From an uncultured cyanobacterium (lineage in GTDB: Bacteria > Cyanobacteriota > Cyanobacteriia > Cyanobacteriales > CAWUOF01): DNA of 64,000 nucleotides. A program made the translations under genes and the position numbers. Below the pieces are notes generated by a model. That model did no database searches and was not told the origin of the DNA. It saw only the letters and a program-made list of their open reading frames with translations. This document shows, piece by piece, positions 30,101 to 40,206 of this stretch; position 1 is the stretch's first letter, and each line of letters starts with the position of its first letter. The DNA is taken from NCBI GenBank assembly GCA_963744145.1, contig CAVUSO010000001.1:2496001-2560000 (forward strand). The letters run 5' to 3'.

Positions 30101-32573
30101 TGAACAATTCGATCATCATGATGTGCGGGGCATGACTAACTTTTTCTTTGCCGCAGATGTTCATAGTTGGAGTCGTCCCCTGAGAGAAGCTGATTTTTAC
30201 TATGAAAATGCTTTTAAATATGGGATGAATGCTGGTAACTGGCTCACGGTTGGTTTTATGATGATGCTCAGTGGTTCAGATCGGCTGACCTACGGCAAAA
30301 ACCTGGAAGAATTATATGCGATCGCCACAACTCATGCTGATTTTTTGCGATCAATCAAAAGTTTGGAGAACCTGGACGCTTTAAGAGCTGGAGTGGTGCA
30401 ACCGATTCGTCAACTTCTGGGATTAACTAAGACACTTTTTGATTTTGATGATGAGAGTTTTAGTGAAACAGAATATTTAGATAAATATCGCCATGCTCCT
30501 TATCATCTAGCTTGGTTATATTCGGTGAAAATTCGTCACGCTTATTTATTTGACCAGCCCACTTTATATGCTAACTTAATCCCTAAGCTGAGTATTATTG
30601 AAAATACTATTCCTACCCATGCTAAAGTTCCTTCTACGGTATTTTATGTAGCTTTGATGCACCTAACGTTAATTGATATTTCTGGGGATGAATCTCTCAC
30701 TCAGTCCCATTGGCAAGCCCTGACTATCCTGGAAGCAAAATTAAATCATTGGCAGAAAGATTGCCCAGAAAATATTCGTCACAAATATCTTTTAGTGCAA
30801 GCTGAAAAAGCACGAATTAAAGGAAAAAAGTCTAAAGCAATTTATTTTTATGAAGAAGCGATCGCGGCAGCTCAAGCTGCAAATTATATTTATGAAGAAG
30901 CGATCGCTAACGAACTTGCAGCTAAGTTTTATCTAGATTGGCACAAACAAAAACTAGCCGCAGGATATATGCAAGAAGCTTATTACTGTTATGCTCATTG
31001 GGGTGCAAAAGCAAAAATCGCTCATTTAGAGGAAAATTATCCACAACTACTGACAGTTATTCTCCAACCCGATCAACTTGTTACCCGCTCTAGCTTAACT
31101 ATCACTAATCGAAGTATAAAGAGTACCAGTGGTGATCAGAATTTATGGCTAGATTTTCCAGCGCTCATGAAAGCAGCTCAAGCAATTTCAAGGGAAATTG
31201 AATTAGAAAAACTTTTAGCAACCTTAATGGAAATAGCTCTTACTAATGCTGGAGCTCAAATTGGAGATTTAATTCTTTACCAAAATGAACAGTGGTTAAT
31301 CGTTGCTCAAACCCAAGAAGGAGAAACAAAAATATCAGCAATTCCTCTTGACCAATACCAGGAAATTCCCCACAGTTTAATTTACTCAGTCATCAATAGT
31401 CAAAAAATGTCGGTTTTTGATCATCTCGCTACCGTTCAAGAATTTGCAACCGATCGCTATATTATGATTAATCAACCTAAATCAGTTTTGTGTATACCGA
31501 TAATTCGGCAAGCAAAATTAATGGGAATTTTGTATTTGGAGAATAACTTAACTGTTGGTGCTTTTACTAGCGATCGCTTAGAAATTCTCAACTTTTTAGT
31601 GAGTCAAGCTGCTATTTCCCTCTTAAATGCTAATTTATACCAACAAATCCAAAACTATTCCCGTACCCTGGAAATGGAGGTCGAAAGAAAAACGCAAGCT
31701 TTACAACAAAAAGCTGATGATTTAGCTCAAGCGTTACGAAAATTACAATCCACGCAAACCCAATTAATTCAAGCAGAAAAAATGTCTAGTTTAGGTCAAT
31801 TAGTAGCTGGTATTGCCCATGAAATTAACAATCCAATTAGTTTTATTCATGGTAATATTATCCATACTAAAAATTATCTGAACGATCTGATCAGTTTACT
31901 GATACTTTATCAAGAGGAATATCCTGAACCCAGTTCAGCTATTCAAACTAAACAAGCAGAAATCGAAATAGATTTTCTCCTTCCCGATCTGGATAAAATG
32001 CTTGAATCTATGAGTATAGGTAGCGATCGGATCAAGCAAATTGTGCAAAGTTTACGCAATTTTGCTCGTTTAGATGAATCAGAAAGTAAACTGGTAGATA
32101 TCCATTCTGGTCTGGATAGCACCTTATTAATTTTACAACATCGACTGCAAACTAATGATGATTATGCCCAGATTAAAATCCTTAAAAAATATAGTCAACT
32201 TCCTTTAGTTAATTGCTACCCATCAGCCTTAAATCAAGTATTTATGAATATTATAAACAATGCGATCGATGCTTTGGAAAAAGCCCAAAAATCTGATCCT
32301 AAATGGAACAAAGAACCGACGATTATTATTGAGACTACCATGGAGAACTCCCAGCATCTAGTCATCCGGATTGCTGATAATGGGTTAGGAGTAGATTCGT
32401 CCCAGATCAATAAAATATTTGATCCATTTTTTACTACTAAACCTGTAGGTAAGGGGACAGGATTAGGATTATCAATTAGTTATGCAATTATTGTAGAAAA
32501 ACACCATGGTGACTTGAGTTGTGTTTCTATAACTGGAGGAGGAACAGAATTTATTATTAAAATTCCGATTTAA
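27141..32573 (+). CDS. Trifunctional Ser/Thr kinase-AAA ATPase-GAF-histidine kinase (HstK/Pkn41-like family)
   Basis: HKDLKPAN, IDFS, APEQTGRMNR; GFSGIGKT Walker A; GAF; AHEINNP, NAIDA, DNGLG, GTGLGL. Confidence 0.92.
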   Translation: MEINSNNLLGKYRLIEEIYTSDRILVYRGQAIEQNLNSGSVVLKMLRQEYPTFNELLQFRHEYTISKNLNIAKIVRPLALEPYGHGYILVMEDFGGISLENYLKNHQLSWSEVLEIAQQLVISLHHLHEHRVIHKDLKPANILIHPQTQEIKLIDFSIASLLPKETQAIKNPQNLEGTLAYLAPEQTGRMNRGIDYRTDFYNLGVTLYELATGRLPFLAKDPLELVYCHLAKQPILPHEVQKNIPPILSAIILKLMAKNAEDRYQSALGLKHDLEQCLQQWQKTGTIKEFPLGKQDLCDRFLIPEKLYGRKEEVNTLLAAFERITKGTSEIMLVAGFSGIGKTAVINEVHKPIVRQKGYFIKGKFDQFNRNVPFLAFVQAFRHLIQQILSENQQQCQNWKTQILAALAENAQVIIEIIPELEQLLGKQPSVAELSGSAAQNRFNLLFQKFLQVFTKPEHPLVIFLDDWQWADSASLNLLQLLMNNTSYLLILGAYRDNEVSPIHPFMLTLEELQKKGVKTTTITLPYLPEKEINQLVADTLNCQVELAQKLTKLIATKTEGNPFFITQFLKALHQDKLLKFDYDLGYWQTDFTQIQVQSLTNNIVEFMAIQIQKLSPETQNILKLAACIGGQFELNTLAIVAEKSEVEVATNLWKALEEGLILPLTQTYKFFYDETTDNHDQRPIQASYQFLHDRVQQAAYSLIPETQKQITHFKIGKLLLTNLSSQAKDEHIFEIANQLNLSRAIISSQTDQEELAQLNLKAGQKAQLSAAYQAAQNYYQMGIDLLPLEAWQTHYKLIYALYRYGSEVAYLCGNFDQAEALYAVAISHAQNPLDQAVIYRIQMTQYQLQGRNAEAIVIQRQSLQLLGLTIPLEPETIQAELNQEIAQVNQFLAQQAIASILDLAKMTDETTAEILRILQILFYSAWLNGQPTLALFALAKMTSLSLQYGNSEMSPFGYVGYGLIANGMLKNAAMGYQFGKLAVEMCEQFDHHDVRGMTNFFFAADVHSWSRPLREADFYYENAFKYGMNAGNWLTVGFMMMLSGSDRLTYGKNLEELYAIATTHADFLRSIKSLENLDALRAGVVQPIRQLLGLTKTLFDFDDESFSETEYLDKYRHAPYHLAWLYSVKIRHAYLFDQPTLYANLIPKLSIIENTIPTHAKVPSTVFYVALMHLTLIDISGDESLTQSHWQALTILEAKLNHWQKDCPENIRHKYLLVQAEKARIKGKKSKAIYFYEEAIAAAQAANYIYEEAIANELAAKFYLDWHKQKLAAGYMQEAYYCYAHWGAKAKIAHLEENYPQLLTVILQPDQLVTRSSLTITNRSIKSTSGDQNLWLDFPALMKAAQAISREIELEKLLATLMEIALTNAGAQIGDLILYQNEQWLIVAQTQEGETKISAIPLDQYQEIPHSLIYSVINSQKMSVFDHLATVQEFATDRYIMINQPKSVLCIPIIRQAKLMGILYLENNLTVGAFTSDRLEILNFLVSQAAISLLNANLYQQIQNYSRTLEMEVERKTQALQQKADDLAQALRKLQSTQTQLIQAEKMSSLGQLVAGIAHEINNPISFIHGNIIHTKNYLNDLISLLILYQEEYPEPSSAIQTKQAEIEIDFLLPDLDKMLESMSIGSDRIKQIVQSLRNFARLDESESKLVDIHSGLDSTLLILQHRLQTNDDYAQIKILKKYSQLPLVNCYPSALNQVFMNIINNAIDALEKAQKSDPKWNKEPTIIIETTMENSQHLVIRIADNGLGVDSSQINKIFDPFFTTKPVGKGTGLGLSISYAIIVEKHHGDLSCVSITGGGTEFIIKIPI

Positions 32574-32598
32574 ACATTAAAGATATTTTAATTATTTA

Positions 32599-32614
32599 TG
32601 TGATCTATATCACA
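32599..32614. promoter_or_regulatory. CRP (SyCRP1-type) binding site
   Basis: TGTGA-TCTATA-TCACA, 15/16 identical to the CRP core consensus TGTGATCTAGATCACA, in an intergenic region. Confidence 0.7.
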
Positions 32615-32739
32615 CTTAATCAAGAGATGAACAAATCTATTGCACCAATCACAACTTAACTCCTAGCCCTTTACAAATTTACCAATAGCCAGTAAGGTTT
32701 CATTGGGACTAAAAAGTTATTTTTTTCAGGATAGTAGTT

Positions 32740-34116
32740 ATGAGTATTTCTGATGTTGTAGATTTGACTTCAGTTCTCCAAGCAGCACAAGCGATTTCGA
32801 GTAAAATTCAACTAGATGAACTGCTGAAGCAAATTAGCCAAATTATGCTCCAAAACTCTAGTGCTGACCAATGTATATTGCTGTTTCCCACTAATAATGA
32901 ATGGCAAATTAGAGCGATCGCAACTAAGGAAACAACTACATTAGTATCCCATCGCTTAGATAATTATTCTGAATTACCTATTCTGGTAATTCAGCAAGTA
33001 AAAAATACTCAAGAGATGATTCTAATTGAGGATCTAAAAACTGATTTACCTGTAATCGATGATTATCTAAATCGACTTCAACCGAAAAGTGTGTTATGTT
33101 TACCTGTGAGCAATCAAACCGAGTTAGTAGCAATTTTATATTTAGAAAATCAAGCAACTACAGGAGTGTTTACCTCTGATGGTATTTCCGTGATCCAATT
33201 ATTATGTACTCAAGCAGCAATTTCTCTCCAAAATGCTTGGCTTTATCAACAATCTCAACAAGCTTTAACTGACTTGAAAGGAGCGCAATTACAAATAGTA
33301 CAAAATGAAAAAATGTTAACATTGGGAAATTTATTAGCTGGATTAGCTCACGAAATTAATAATCCGGTTGGATTTATATCAGGTAATATTGCAGAAGCAA
33401 CAACTTCTTTTCAAGATGTAATAGATTTGCTGGAAACCTATCAAGAAGAATTTCCTGATCCTGGTGAAAAAATCGAGGAAAAGACTGAGGAAATAGACCT
33501 AGAGTATCTGTTAGAAGATTTACCAAAATTGCTCAAGTCAATGGAAGTCGGTTGCGATCGCATTAAAGATATTAGTAACAGTTTGCGAATATTTTCCCGT
33601 ACCGATAAAGACTATAAAGTCTCTTTTAATATCCACACTGGAATTGATAGCACCTTAATCATTCTCAAACATCGGATCAAAGGTAATGAATTTCGGGTGG
33701 AAATTCAAGTAATTAAAGAATATGGTGATTTTGGGGAAATTAAATGTTTTCCTAGTCAGTTAAACCAAGTGTTTATGAATCTCATTACTTATACAGTAGA
33801 TCGGGTTGATGAAATGGCTCAAACTGCTGATTTTAACAAAAATAGTCCCCAAGTAATCACGATTAAAACTGGATTATTAAAGGATGTAAATCAGGTTACT
33901 ATTTCAATTAGTAACCCCAGTTTAGCAATAGCAGAAGAAAACAAAAATCTGATTTTTGATTATTCGTTCACTTCTCAATCTGGGGAGAAAGGACAGGGAT
34001 TAGGACTCGCGATCGCGCGTCAAATTATTGTGGAAAAACATGGAGGAAACTTAATTTGTTCCTCCGAATTAGGTCAGGGTACAGAATTTATCATTACTTT
34101 GCCCGTTTCGGATTAG
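32740..34116 (+). CDS. GAF-HisKA-HATPase protein with degenerate ATP-binding domain (pseudo-histidine kinase)
   Basis: AHEINNP is intact; N-box reads NLITYTVDRV and G1 reads ISNPSLAI instead of NAIDA and DNGxG. Confidence 0.8.
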   Translation: MSISDVVDLTSVLQAAQAISSKIQLDELLKQISQIMLQNSSADQCILLFPTNNEWQIRAIATKETTTLVSHRLDNYSELPILVIQQVKNTQEMILIEDLKTDLPVIDDYLNRLQPKSVLCLPVSNQTELVAILYLENQATTGVFTSDGISVIQLLCTQAAISLQNAWLYQQSQQALTDLKGAQLQIVQNEKMLTLGNLLAGLAHEINNPVGFISGNIAEATTSFQDVIDLLETYQEEFPDPGEKIEEKTEEIDLEYLLEDLPKLLKSMEVGCDRIKDISNSLRIFSRTDKDYKVSFNIHTGIDSTLIILKHRIKGNEFRVEIQVIKEYGDFGEIKCFPSQLNQVFMNLITYTVDRVDEMAQTADFNKNSPQVITIKTGLLKDVNQVTISISNPSLAIAEENKNLIFDYSFTSQSGEKGQGLGLAIARQIIVEKHGGNLICSSELGQGTEFIITLPVSD

Positions 34117-34147
34117 AGGTAGGACTGTTTCAGTCTACCAGAACACC

Positions 34148-34183
34148 GCTCCCCTAACCCCTTGACCATTGGTCGAGGGGAGC
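34148..34183 (+). terminator. GC-rich hairpin after the kinase pair (terminator or dispersed repeat)
   Basis: CCCCTTGACC-att-GGTCGAGGGG stem. Confidence 0.4.
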
Positions 34184-34390
34184 AGAATGAATGTCATCGC
34201 ACTCCCAACCATACCAATTTTCCCTAACCGCATCAATCCATCTCCCAAACATACTAAACAAACTAAACTATATTTACCTAATTTTTTCTAGAACTGTATA
34301 GTCCCGCTTTGGGAGAAATCGCGATCGCTCGGATTTCAATTATTAGCGATCGCACTACGAAAAAAAAATTGTAGTCTCCACCAATAAAAT

Positions 34391-34630
34391 CTATCGTTCA
34401 ATAACATAAACAGCAAACAATTTATTTTTATCTCTAAACGGTTTATTAATAATTGAAAACCCAGATTTTTTTAACAATTCCAAAATAAATACTCCATTTT
34501 CTGGAATGTCCTGAGTTTTTATGTGATTACAAATAATATCAAGGTTTTCTTGATCAAAAGTAAGCCATTCTTTGGTATATATGCTACAGGTTCTTTCATT
34601 ATATATTTCATAAGTTTCACCAACATTCAT
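34391..34630 (-). CDS. Short AT-rich hypothetical ORF, possibly a remnant
   Basis: 79-aa ORF with plausible composition and no recognised motif. Confidence 0.35.
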   Translation of the reverse strand: MNVGETYEIYNERTCSIYTKEWLTFDQENLDIICNHIKTQDIPENGVFILELLKKSGFSIINKPFRDKNKLFAVYVIER

Positions 34631-34918
34631 TTCCGGATCGTAAAAAATAAACTCAGCATTAGCAATCTCAATCAGAGATGGGACATATACACAGGCGATC
34701 GCGACCTACTAAAGTATTACAGTTTTCAGGACTCTGGTCTGTGCAATTAGTCATGGTAAAGACAGTAACTATCATCATCCTGCAACTCATTACTTTCTAG
34801 ACTATTGGAACAAGTTTTAAATAGCTATTCTGTAAACATGAAGAAAAACAGCTAACTCAAAACTGTTAATACTCTCACTCGAAAACACTATCAAAACTTG
34901 ATCAGAAATTTCTCAACT

Positions 34919-35371
34919 ATGAAACTCAACGCATCTTTCTTATTACCTGGTCTAATCGCTTTAACTCTTGCTGCATCTCCCGTAATCGCTTCCTTTAGTC
35001 CAGCTCTTGCAGATTCTGCTCAAACAACAGAACACGGTGGACATGGAAAATGGGGTGAAGGATTTAAAAAGTTAAACTTGACTGATGCTCAAAAAGCACA
35101 AGCAAAACAAATTTTCCAATCTACTCGTCAACAAATGTCTGCTGTTTTTACTCCTGAGCAAAAAGCTCAATTTAAAGCAGCAAGAGCGAACCACACCAAG
35201 CCTAATGTAACTCTTAGTGATGCTCAAAAGGCACAACTTAAACAAATTCGCGAAAGTGCTAAATCCCAATTTGAGGCAATCTTAACACCTGCTCAACTAC
35301 AACAACTTCAAGCCGATCGCACTCAATGGCTTCAAAATCACCCTAATGCTCACTCAGGTCAATCTAACTAA
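34919..35371 (+). CDS. Spy/CpxP-family periplasmic chaperone (LTXXQ motifs)
   Basis: Signal peptide ending in ALA; LNLTDAQK, FTPEQK, LSDAQK, LTPAQ motifs. Confidence 0.88.
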   Translation: MKLNASFLLPGLIALTLAASPVIASFSPALADSAQTTEHGGHGKWGEGFKKLNLTDAQKAQAKQIFQSTRQQMSAVFTPEQKAQFKAARANHTKPNVTLSDAQKAQLKQIRESAKSQFEAILTPAQLQQLQADRTQWLQNHPNAHSGQSN

Positions 35372-35414
35372 ACCAGTAACTATTTAGAGTCTCCTATTTT
35401 CATCCTCGCTAATT

Positions 35415-35444
35415 TGCCTCACTGTAATGGTGGGGCATTTTCTT
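35415..35444 (+). terminator. Intrinsic terminator after the Spy-like gene
   Basis: TGCCTCACTG-taa-TGGTGGGGCA followed by TTTTCTT. Confidence 0.55.
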
Positions 35445-35562
35445 ATTGGGGATATTGGGGGTTCGGGATCGCTTTAATTCTAAAACTATCAAAGCTTTAA
35501 AAAATACTCAAATATCTGCCCAACCATCAAACGTAGTTAAATATAACCTTCATCAGTCATCC

Positions 35563-35730
35563 GTGGGACAGGCATCTTGCCTGTCCGATCAATTCGTCGG
35601 TGAAAGTCGATTGTGATTGATCTGTGTTGGTTGGGCAGGTTTATGAGTGGGACAGGCATCTTGCCTGTCCGTAATCTGTTTGGAGCAGAATTGATTGGTG
35701 AACCTGCCCCTACAAATCCTGGTTGATTGT
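35563..35730. repeat. Composite REP-like cluster
   Basis: GTGGGACAGGCATCTTGCCTGTCC at 35563 and 35647; the second lies inside a GGGCAGGTT...AACCTGCCCCTAC element also found at 43663-43757. Confidence 0.85.
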
Positions 35731-36013
35731 GATCATAAATTTATTGATCCCACATATTTATGAGCAGCAGAAAACCAAAACCACCTCAGAGAATTGGTAC
35801 TCTTAGCTTGGAAAGAGAAAAATAGGTTTGCAGATGTGGCTAAAACTTGGCTAATATTCGCAATCGCCACCCAAACTCCAAAGGTTAGGACATTCAGGTA
35901 AGCACATCTTAATTTTAACTGGGATGCTCCCTTTAATCATCTTCATTACTCCCCATTCCCTCCTAGGGAAGGGGGTTGGGGGGTTAGGTCTATTTATTCT
36001 AATAGAACAAAAA

Positions 36014-37108
36014 TTAACGATAAATTTGCCGATAATAAGTCTGATATTCTTCAGATAACAAAGGTTCCCACCAATCTCGATGATGGAGATACCATTTTAC
36101 CGTCTCACGTAATCCTTCGGTAACTGTAACCGAAGGACTCCAACCTAACTGAGTTTTAATTTTAGTTGCGTCAATTGCATAACGACGATCGTGTCCTGGT
36201 CGATCTTTAACAAAGGTAATTAGTTGTTCACAAGGGTGGATCGGTAAATTTGGTGCTAATTCATCCATTAATTGACATAGCATTCGGACTAGATCAATAT
36301 TTTTGACTTCATTATTACCACCAATATTGTAAGTCTCTCCTGGTTTACCTTGGTGAATAACTACATCTAAAGCACGACAATGATCAATCACATACAGCCA
36401 ATCTCGGATATTTTGACCATCTCCATAAACTGGTAAGGATTTTCCCAGTAATATGTTAATGCACATATGGGGAATTAACTTTTCAGGAAAATGATGGGGA
36501 CCGTAATTATTAGAGCAATTAGTGATAATCGTCGGTAAACCATAGGTATGGTAATATGCACGAGCTAAATGATCACTACCTGCTTTAGAAGCAGAATAAG
36601 GACTATTAGGACTATAGGGAGTAGTTTCTGTAAAAGCAGGATCTTCGGGATGGAGACTACCATAAACTTCATCCGTAGAAACATGGAGAAAGACACTTGG
36701 TTTGGTTTGGGTATTTAGAGGAGATTGAAAAAAGTATTGACGAAATGATTCGAGTAAAGTAAAAGTACCAACTACATTGGTTTGAATAAAAGCACCAGGA
36801 CCGATAATTGAGCGATCGACGTGGGATTCTGCGGCAAAATGAGCAATAGTGTCGATCGCTTCTTCTTTAAGTAAAGTATCGACTAAATGACGATCGCAAA
36901 TATCTCCTTTAACAAAGCGAAAATTATCTCTATCTGTGATCCTCGCTAAATTTTGAGGATTCCCAGCATAGGTGAGAGCATCTAATACTACTACTCGATC
37001 ATCTGGATAGCGATCGCACCAGTAGAGAGTAAAATTAGAGCCAATAAATCCCGCACCTCCAGTAATTAACAAACGTCGCGGTTGTCGATGATTAAAATCT
37101 GTGTTCAT
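36014..37108 (-). CDS. rfbB: dTDP-glucose 4,6-dehydratase
   Basis: [38 protein letters not shown]. Confidence 0.95.
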   Translation of the reverse strand: MNTDFNHRQPRRLLITGGAGFIGSNFTLYWCDRYPDDRVVVLDALTYAGNPQNLARITDRDNFRFVKGDICDRHLVDTLLKEEAIDTIAHFAAESHVDRSIIGPGAFIQTNVVGTFTLLESFRQYFFQSPLNTQTKPSVFLHVSTDEVYGSLHPEDPAFTETTPYSPNSPYSASKAGSDHLARAYYHTYGLPTIITNCSNNYGPHHFPEKLIPHMCINILLGKSLPVYGDGQNIRDWLYVIDHCRALDVVIHQGKPGETYNIGGNNEVKNIDLVRMLCQLMDELAPNLPIHPCEQLITFVKDRPGHDRRYAIDATKIKTQLGWSPSVTVTEGLRETVKWYLHHRDWWEPLLSEEYQTYYRQIYR

Positions 37109-37143
37109 ATTAGTAAAAAATTTGGTGATCAAAATCGGAATTA

Positions 37144-38172
37144 TTACTCTTGATTTAACAGCGATCGTAAGGCTTCTTTCATTTCTGTAGTCGTAGTTGT
37201 CGCCGTACCAAATTGCCGCACTACAATACTAGCAGCTAAATTCCCCAAAACTGCTGCTTCCCAAAAAGAAGCACCTGTAACCATTGCAATAGAAAGAGCT
37301 GCAATCACTGTATCTCCAGCACCAGTAACATCAAAAACAGCAGTCCGATTAAATGCTGGAATATGTTCTACTAATCCTTGACGATCAAATAAACTCATTC
37401 CTTCTTCCCCTCGGGTAATCAACATTTGTTCTGCTTGGGTTAAAGCTAGTAAATCTTGACCAGCAGAGTGAAGAGTTGGAAGATTCGCGATCGCATATCC
37501 TACCGCTAACTCAGCTTCTGGTAAATTGGGAGTGAATAGAGTTGCACCTTGATAACGTTGTAATCCAGCCTGAGCATCCACAAAGGTACGTTGATGAGCT
37601 AAAGTTGCTTTAATCACAGGTGTAGTTAATACACCATCACCATAATCAGAACAAACTACAGCATCGACAGTGCCAATATTGTCACGAATATAATCAGCTA
37701 ATTGCATCTGTAACTCTAGCTCGGGTAAATCATCAGATTTGCGATCGACTCGAACAATTTGTTGAGTAACCGACTGACGAGCATGACCAGAAATCCTAGT
37801 TTTCGTGACAGTTGGTCGGAGCGGATCGATCAAAATTCCTTGAGTATCAATCCCCACAGCATCAAAAATACCTCGTAAAGCTTTTCCTTGGTCATCTTTT
37901 CCTACCAATCCAACCACTTTCACCTGAGAGCCTAACTTCGCTAAATTATAAACAGCATTAGCCCCACCACCCGGGACTTGACGAGTAGATTCGTGACGAA
38001 TAATTAAGACAGGTGCTTCACGAGAAATACGTTCAACTTGACCAGTCAGAAACTCATCTAAAGTTAAGTCACCTACAACTAACACCCTGGTTTGGGAAAA
38101 ACGGTCGATTAATTCTAACAATCGCTCAGACGTAGCACTCAAGCGTTCAAAGAACACAGCATCTATTGACAT
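37144..38172 (-). CDS. Heptose-7-phosphate kinase (RfaE/HldE kinase domain, PfkB family)
   Basis: GDLTLDE...[31 protein letters not shown] at 38172. Confidence 0.88.
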   Translation of the reverse strand: MSIDAVFFERLSATSERLLELIDRFSQTRVLVVGDLTLDEFLTGQVERISREAPVLIIRHESTRQVPGGGANAVYNLAKLGSQVKVVGLVGKDDQGKALRGIFDAVGIDTQGILIDPLRPTVTKTRISGHARQSVTQQIVRVDRKSDDLPELELQMQLADYIRDNIGTVDAVVCSDYGDGVLTTPVIKATLAHQRTFVDAQAGLQRYQGATLFTPNLPEAELAVGYAIANLPTLHSAGQDLLALTQAEQMLITRGEEGMSLFDRQGLVEHIPAFNRTAVFDVTGAGDTVIAALSIAMVTGASFWEAAVLGNLAASIVVRQFGTATTTTTEMKEALRSLLNQE

Positions 38173-38322
38173 AGAACCAACATCAAGTTTCCAGGCTAAT
38201 TTTCGCTCAAACCTAAACTTTTTTGGATGTTTTTTAGAAATCCTCACAAAAATAGACAAGATCATAGAGTAGGAGCAAAAAATTTAGTGCGACTACGAGC
38301 CATCTAGTCATAGAGAATCGTT

Positions 38323-39123
38323 ATGCAAATTACAGAAACCTTAAAATTTACTTCCGTCTATGGACCAGTCACATCTTGGCGCTATGGGCGATCGCTTGGT
38401 ATTGATCCAATTGGTCCAGTATCTACTTGTTCTTTCAACTGCGCTTACTGTCAGTTAGGAGAAATTGAAAACCGAACCAGCGCTCGAAAAATATTTATCC
38501 CAACCAGTCAAATTCGGGAAGACTTAGCAGGTTTTGCCCCTTGGGACGTAGATGTGATTACCCTGAGTGGTAGCGGTGAACCCACCCAAGCTCTGAATCT
38601 AGGAGAAATTTTATTGTCAATCAAAGAACTTACCTCTTGTCCAACCGTAGTTTTAACTAATGGCAGTTTACTAGAACACCCAGATGTTGGTAGTGCTTTA
38701 GCCCATGCTGACCAAGTCGCAGTGAAACTTGATGCAGTATCACCAGATCAATTGTTACGGATTAATCGACCTGTACCGGGACTAAATTGGTTAAATATTT
38801 GGATGGGAATCGAACAATTTCGTCGTCAATATCGGGGTCGTCTAGCAATTCAAACCATGCTCTTGTCAGCTTGGGATGAAGTTTACCAACAGGATTATAT
38901 TAAATTGATGCAAATTTTGGCTCCCGATGAGATTCAACTGAATACGCCGATGCGTCCCAAACCGTTAAATCACCAATTGGATGCTAGAGGAAATCACAGT
39001 CGATCAGAATTTCGGCCCTATAAAGTCAATTTGCTCAAACCGATCAATCAGACAATTTTGGCAGAATTTGCTGCCCGAATTCACGAAGCTACAGGTATTC
39101 TGGTCCGTTTCCCATCTTACTAG
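38323..39123 (+). CDS. Radical SAM protein
   Basis: CSFNCAYC cluster motif, SGSGEPT, N-terminal YGPVxSxRxGxSLGID. Confidence 0.88.
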   Translation: MQITETLKFTSVYGPVTSWRYGRSLGIDPIGPVSTCSFNCAYCQLGEIENRTSARKIFIPTSQIREDLAGFAPWDVDVITLSGSGEPTQALNLGEILLSIKELTSCPTVVLTNGSLLEHPDVGSALAHADQVAVKLDAVSPDQLLRINRPVPGLNWLNIWMGIEQFRRQYRGRLAIQTMLLSAWDEVYQQDYIKLMQILAPDEIQLNTPMRPKPLNHQLDARGNHSRSEFRPYKVNLLKPINQTILAEFAARIHEATGILVRFPSY

Positions 39124-39242
39124 GTCTAATTATGGCCAATCATGAGCAGGGTCAAGGAAATTTGCTAAAATTTTGTCTAAAGAGCTAGACTTTTAACAAT
39201 AACTTGATCTATAATTAAAGACCGTGAGTTTTTGGAAAAAAC

Positions 39243-39605
39243 ATGAAAGCGCAGGAAATTATTCGCTCAATCGAAGCGGAACAACTGAAAAGCAATCTAC
39301 CAGATATCCAGGTAGGGGATACAGTTCGAGTCGGGGTGAGAATTAAAGAAGGGAATAAAGAACGGACCCAACCTTACGAGGGGACGGTAATTGCCAAGCG
39401 CAATGGTGGGATTAATGAAACAATTACGGTCAGAAAGATTTTTCAGGGAGTGGGAGTAGAAAGAGTATTTTTGCTCCACTCCCCCCGGATTGAAAGCATT
39501 AAAGTGTTGCGTCGAGGCAAAGTGCGCCGTGCTAAACTATACTATCTGCGCGATCGCGTCGGTAAAGCCACCAGAATCAAACAAAGATTTGACCGTCCAC
39601 TATAA
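39243..39605 (+). CDS. rplS: 50S ribosomal protein L19
   Basis: [18 protein letters not shown]. Confidence 0.98.
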   Translation: MKAQEIIRSIEAEQLKSNLPDIQVGDTVRVGVRIKEGNKERTQPYEGTVIAKRNGGINETITVRKIFQGVGVERVFLLHSPRIESIKVLRRGKVRRAKLYYLRDRVGKATRIKQRFDRPL

Positions 39606-39671
39606 AATTTTTTACAAAAATTAGCTCAAGGAAGGCAAACTTGTGTTACACTGGCGTTATCTCAGTTTTTT

Positions 39672-39744
39672 GCGCTCTTAGTTCAGTTGGTAGAACGCAG
39701 GTCTCCAAAACCTGATGTCGGGGGTTCAAGTCCTCCAGGGCGCG
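39672..39744 (+). tRNA. trnW: tRNA-Trp (CCA)
   Basis: GCGCTCT acceptor stem, anticodon loop CTCCAAA, T-loop GGTTCAAGTCC; conserved position between rplS and secE; 3' CCA not encoded. Confidence 0.97.
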
Positions 39745-39984
39745 CTGAATTACGCCAGGAAAATTAGGACAATCTAAAAGTAAAGCCTGAACAACAGCTT
39801 GAGAATTGGCTAGACTAATGATCAAGATAGTTGCTCAAAGCTAGCAGCGATTAGAGGTGATCCGATCGCGAGTTAAGCTAATCAGCCAAATCTGCGCTAA
39901 CCGCAGGTAGGAAGATCGTGACCAAATCTGGTTAAGCTGCGGGAAGACTGCCAACAACTGCATAAAAGGGGGAAAATAGGAATT

Positions 39985-40206
39985 GTGACCAAGAAAAATG
40001 AGGCAGAAGTGCAAACACCGACAGGGTTTAACGCTGTAAACTTTTTTCAAGATACCAAAGAAGAACTAAGTAAGGTGGTTTGGCCAACTCGACAGCAGTT
40101 GATCAGCGAATCCTTGGCAGTGCTAGGAATGGTGGTAATATCTGCTATTTTTATTTATCTGGTCGATCTTTTTTTTAATTGGGCAGCGTTCACGGTATTC
40201 AGATGA
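39985..40206 (+). CDS. secE: Preprotein translocase subunit SecE
   Basis: EELSKVVWPTR plus one TM helix; GTG start. Confidence 0.95.
   Translation: MTKKNEAEVQTPTGFNAVNFFQDTKEELSKVVWPTRQQLISESLAVLGMVVISAIFIYLVDLFFNWAAFTVFR

Noticed and set aside
38323..39123. Radical SAM as maturase for the Nif11-like peptide
   Set aside because: 16 kb away, short, with no SPASM or RRE region; sits in housekeeping context
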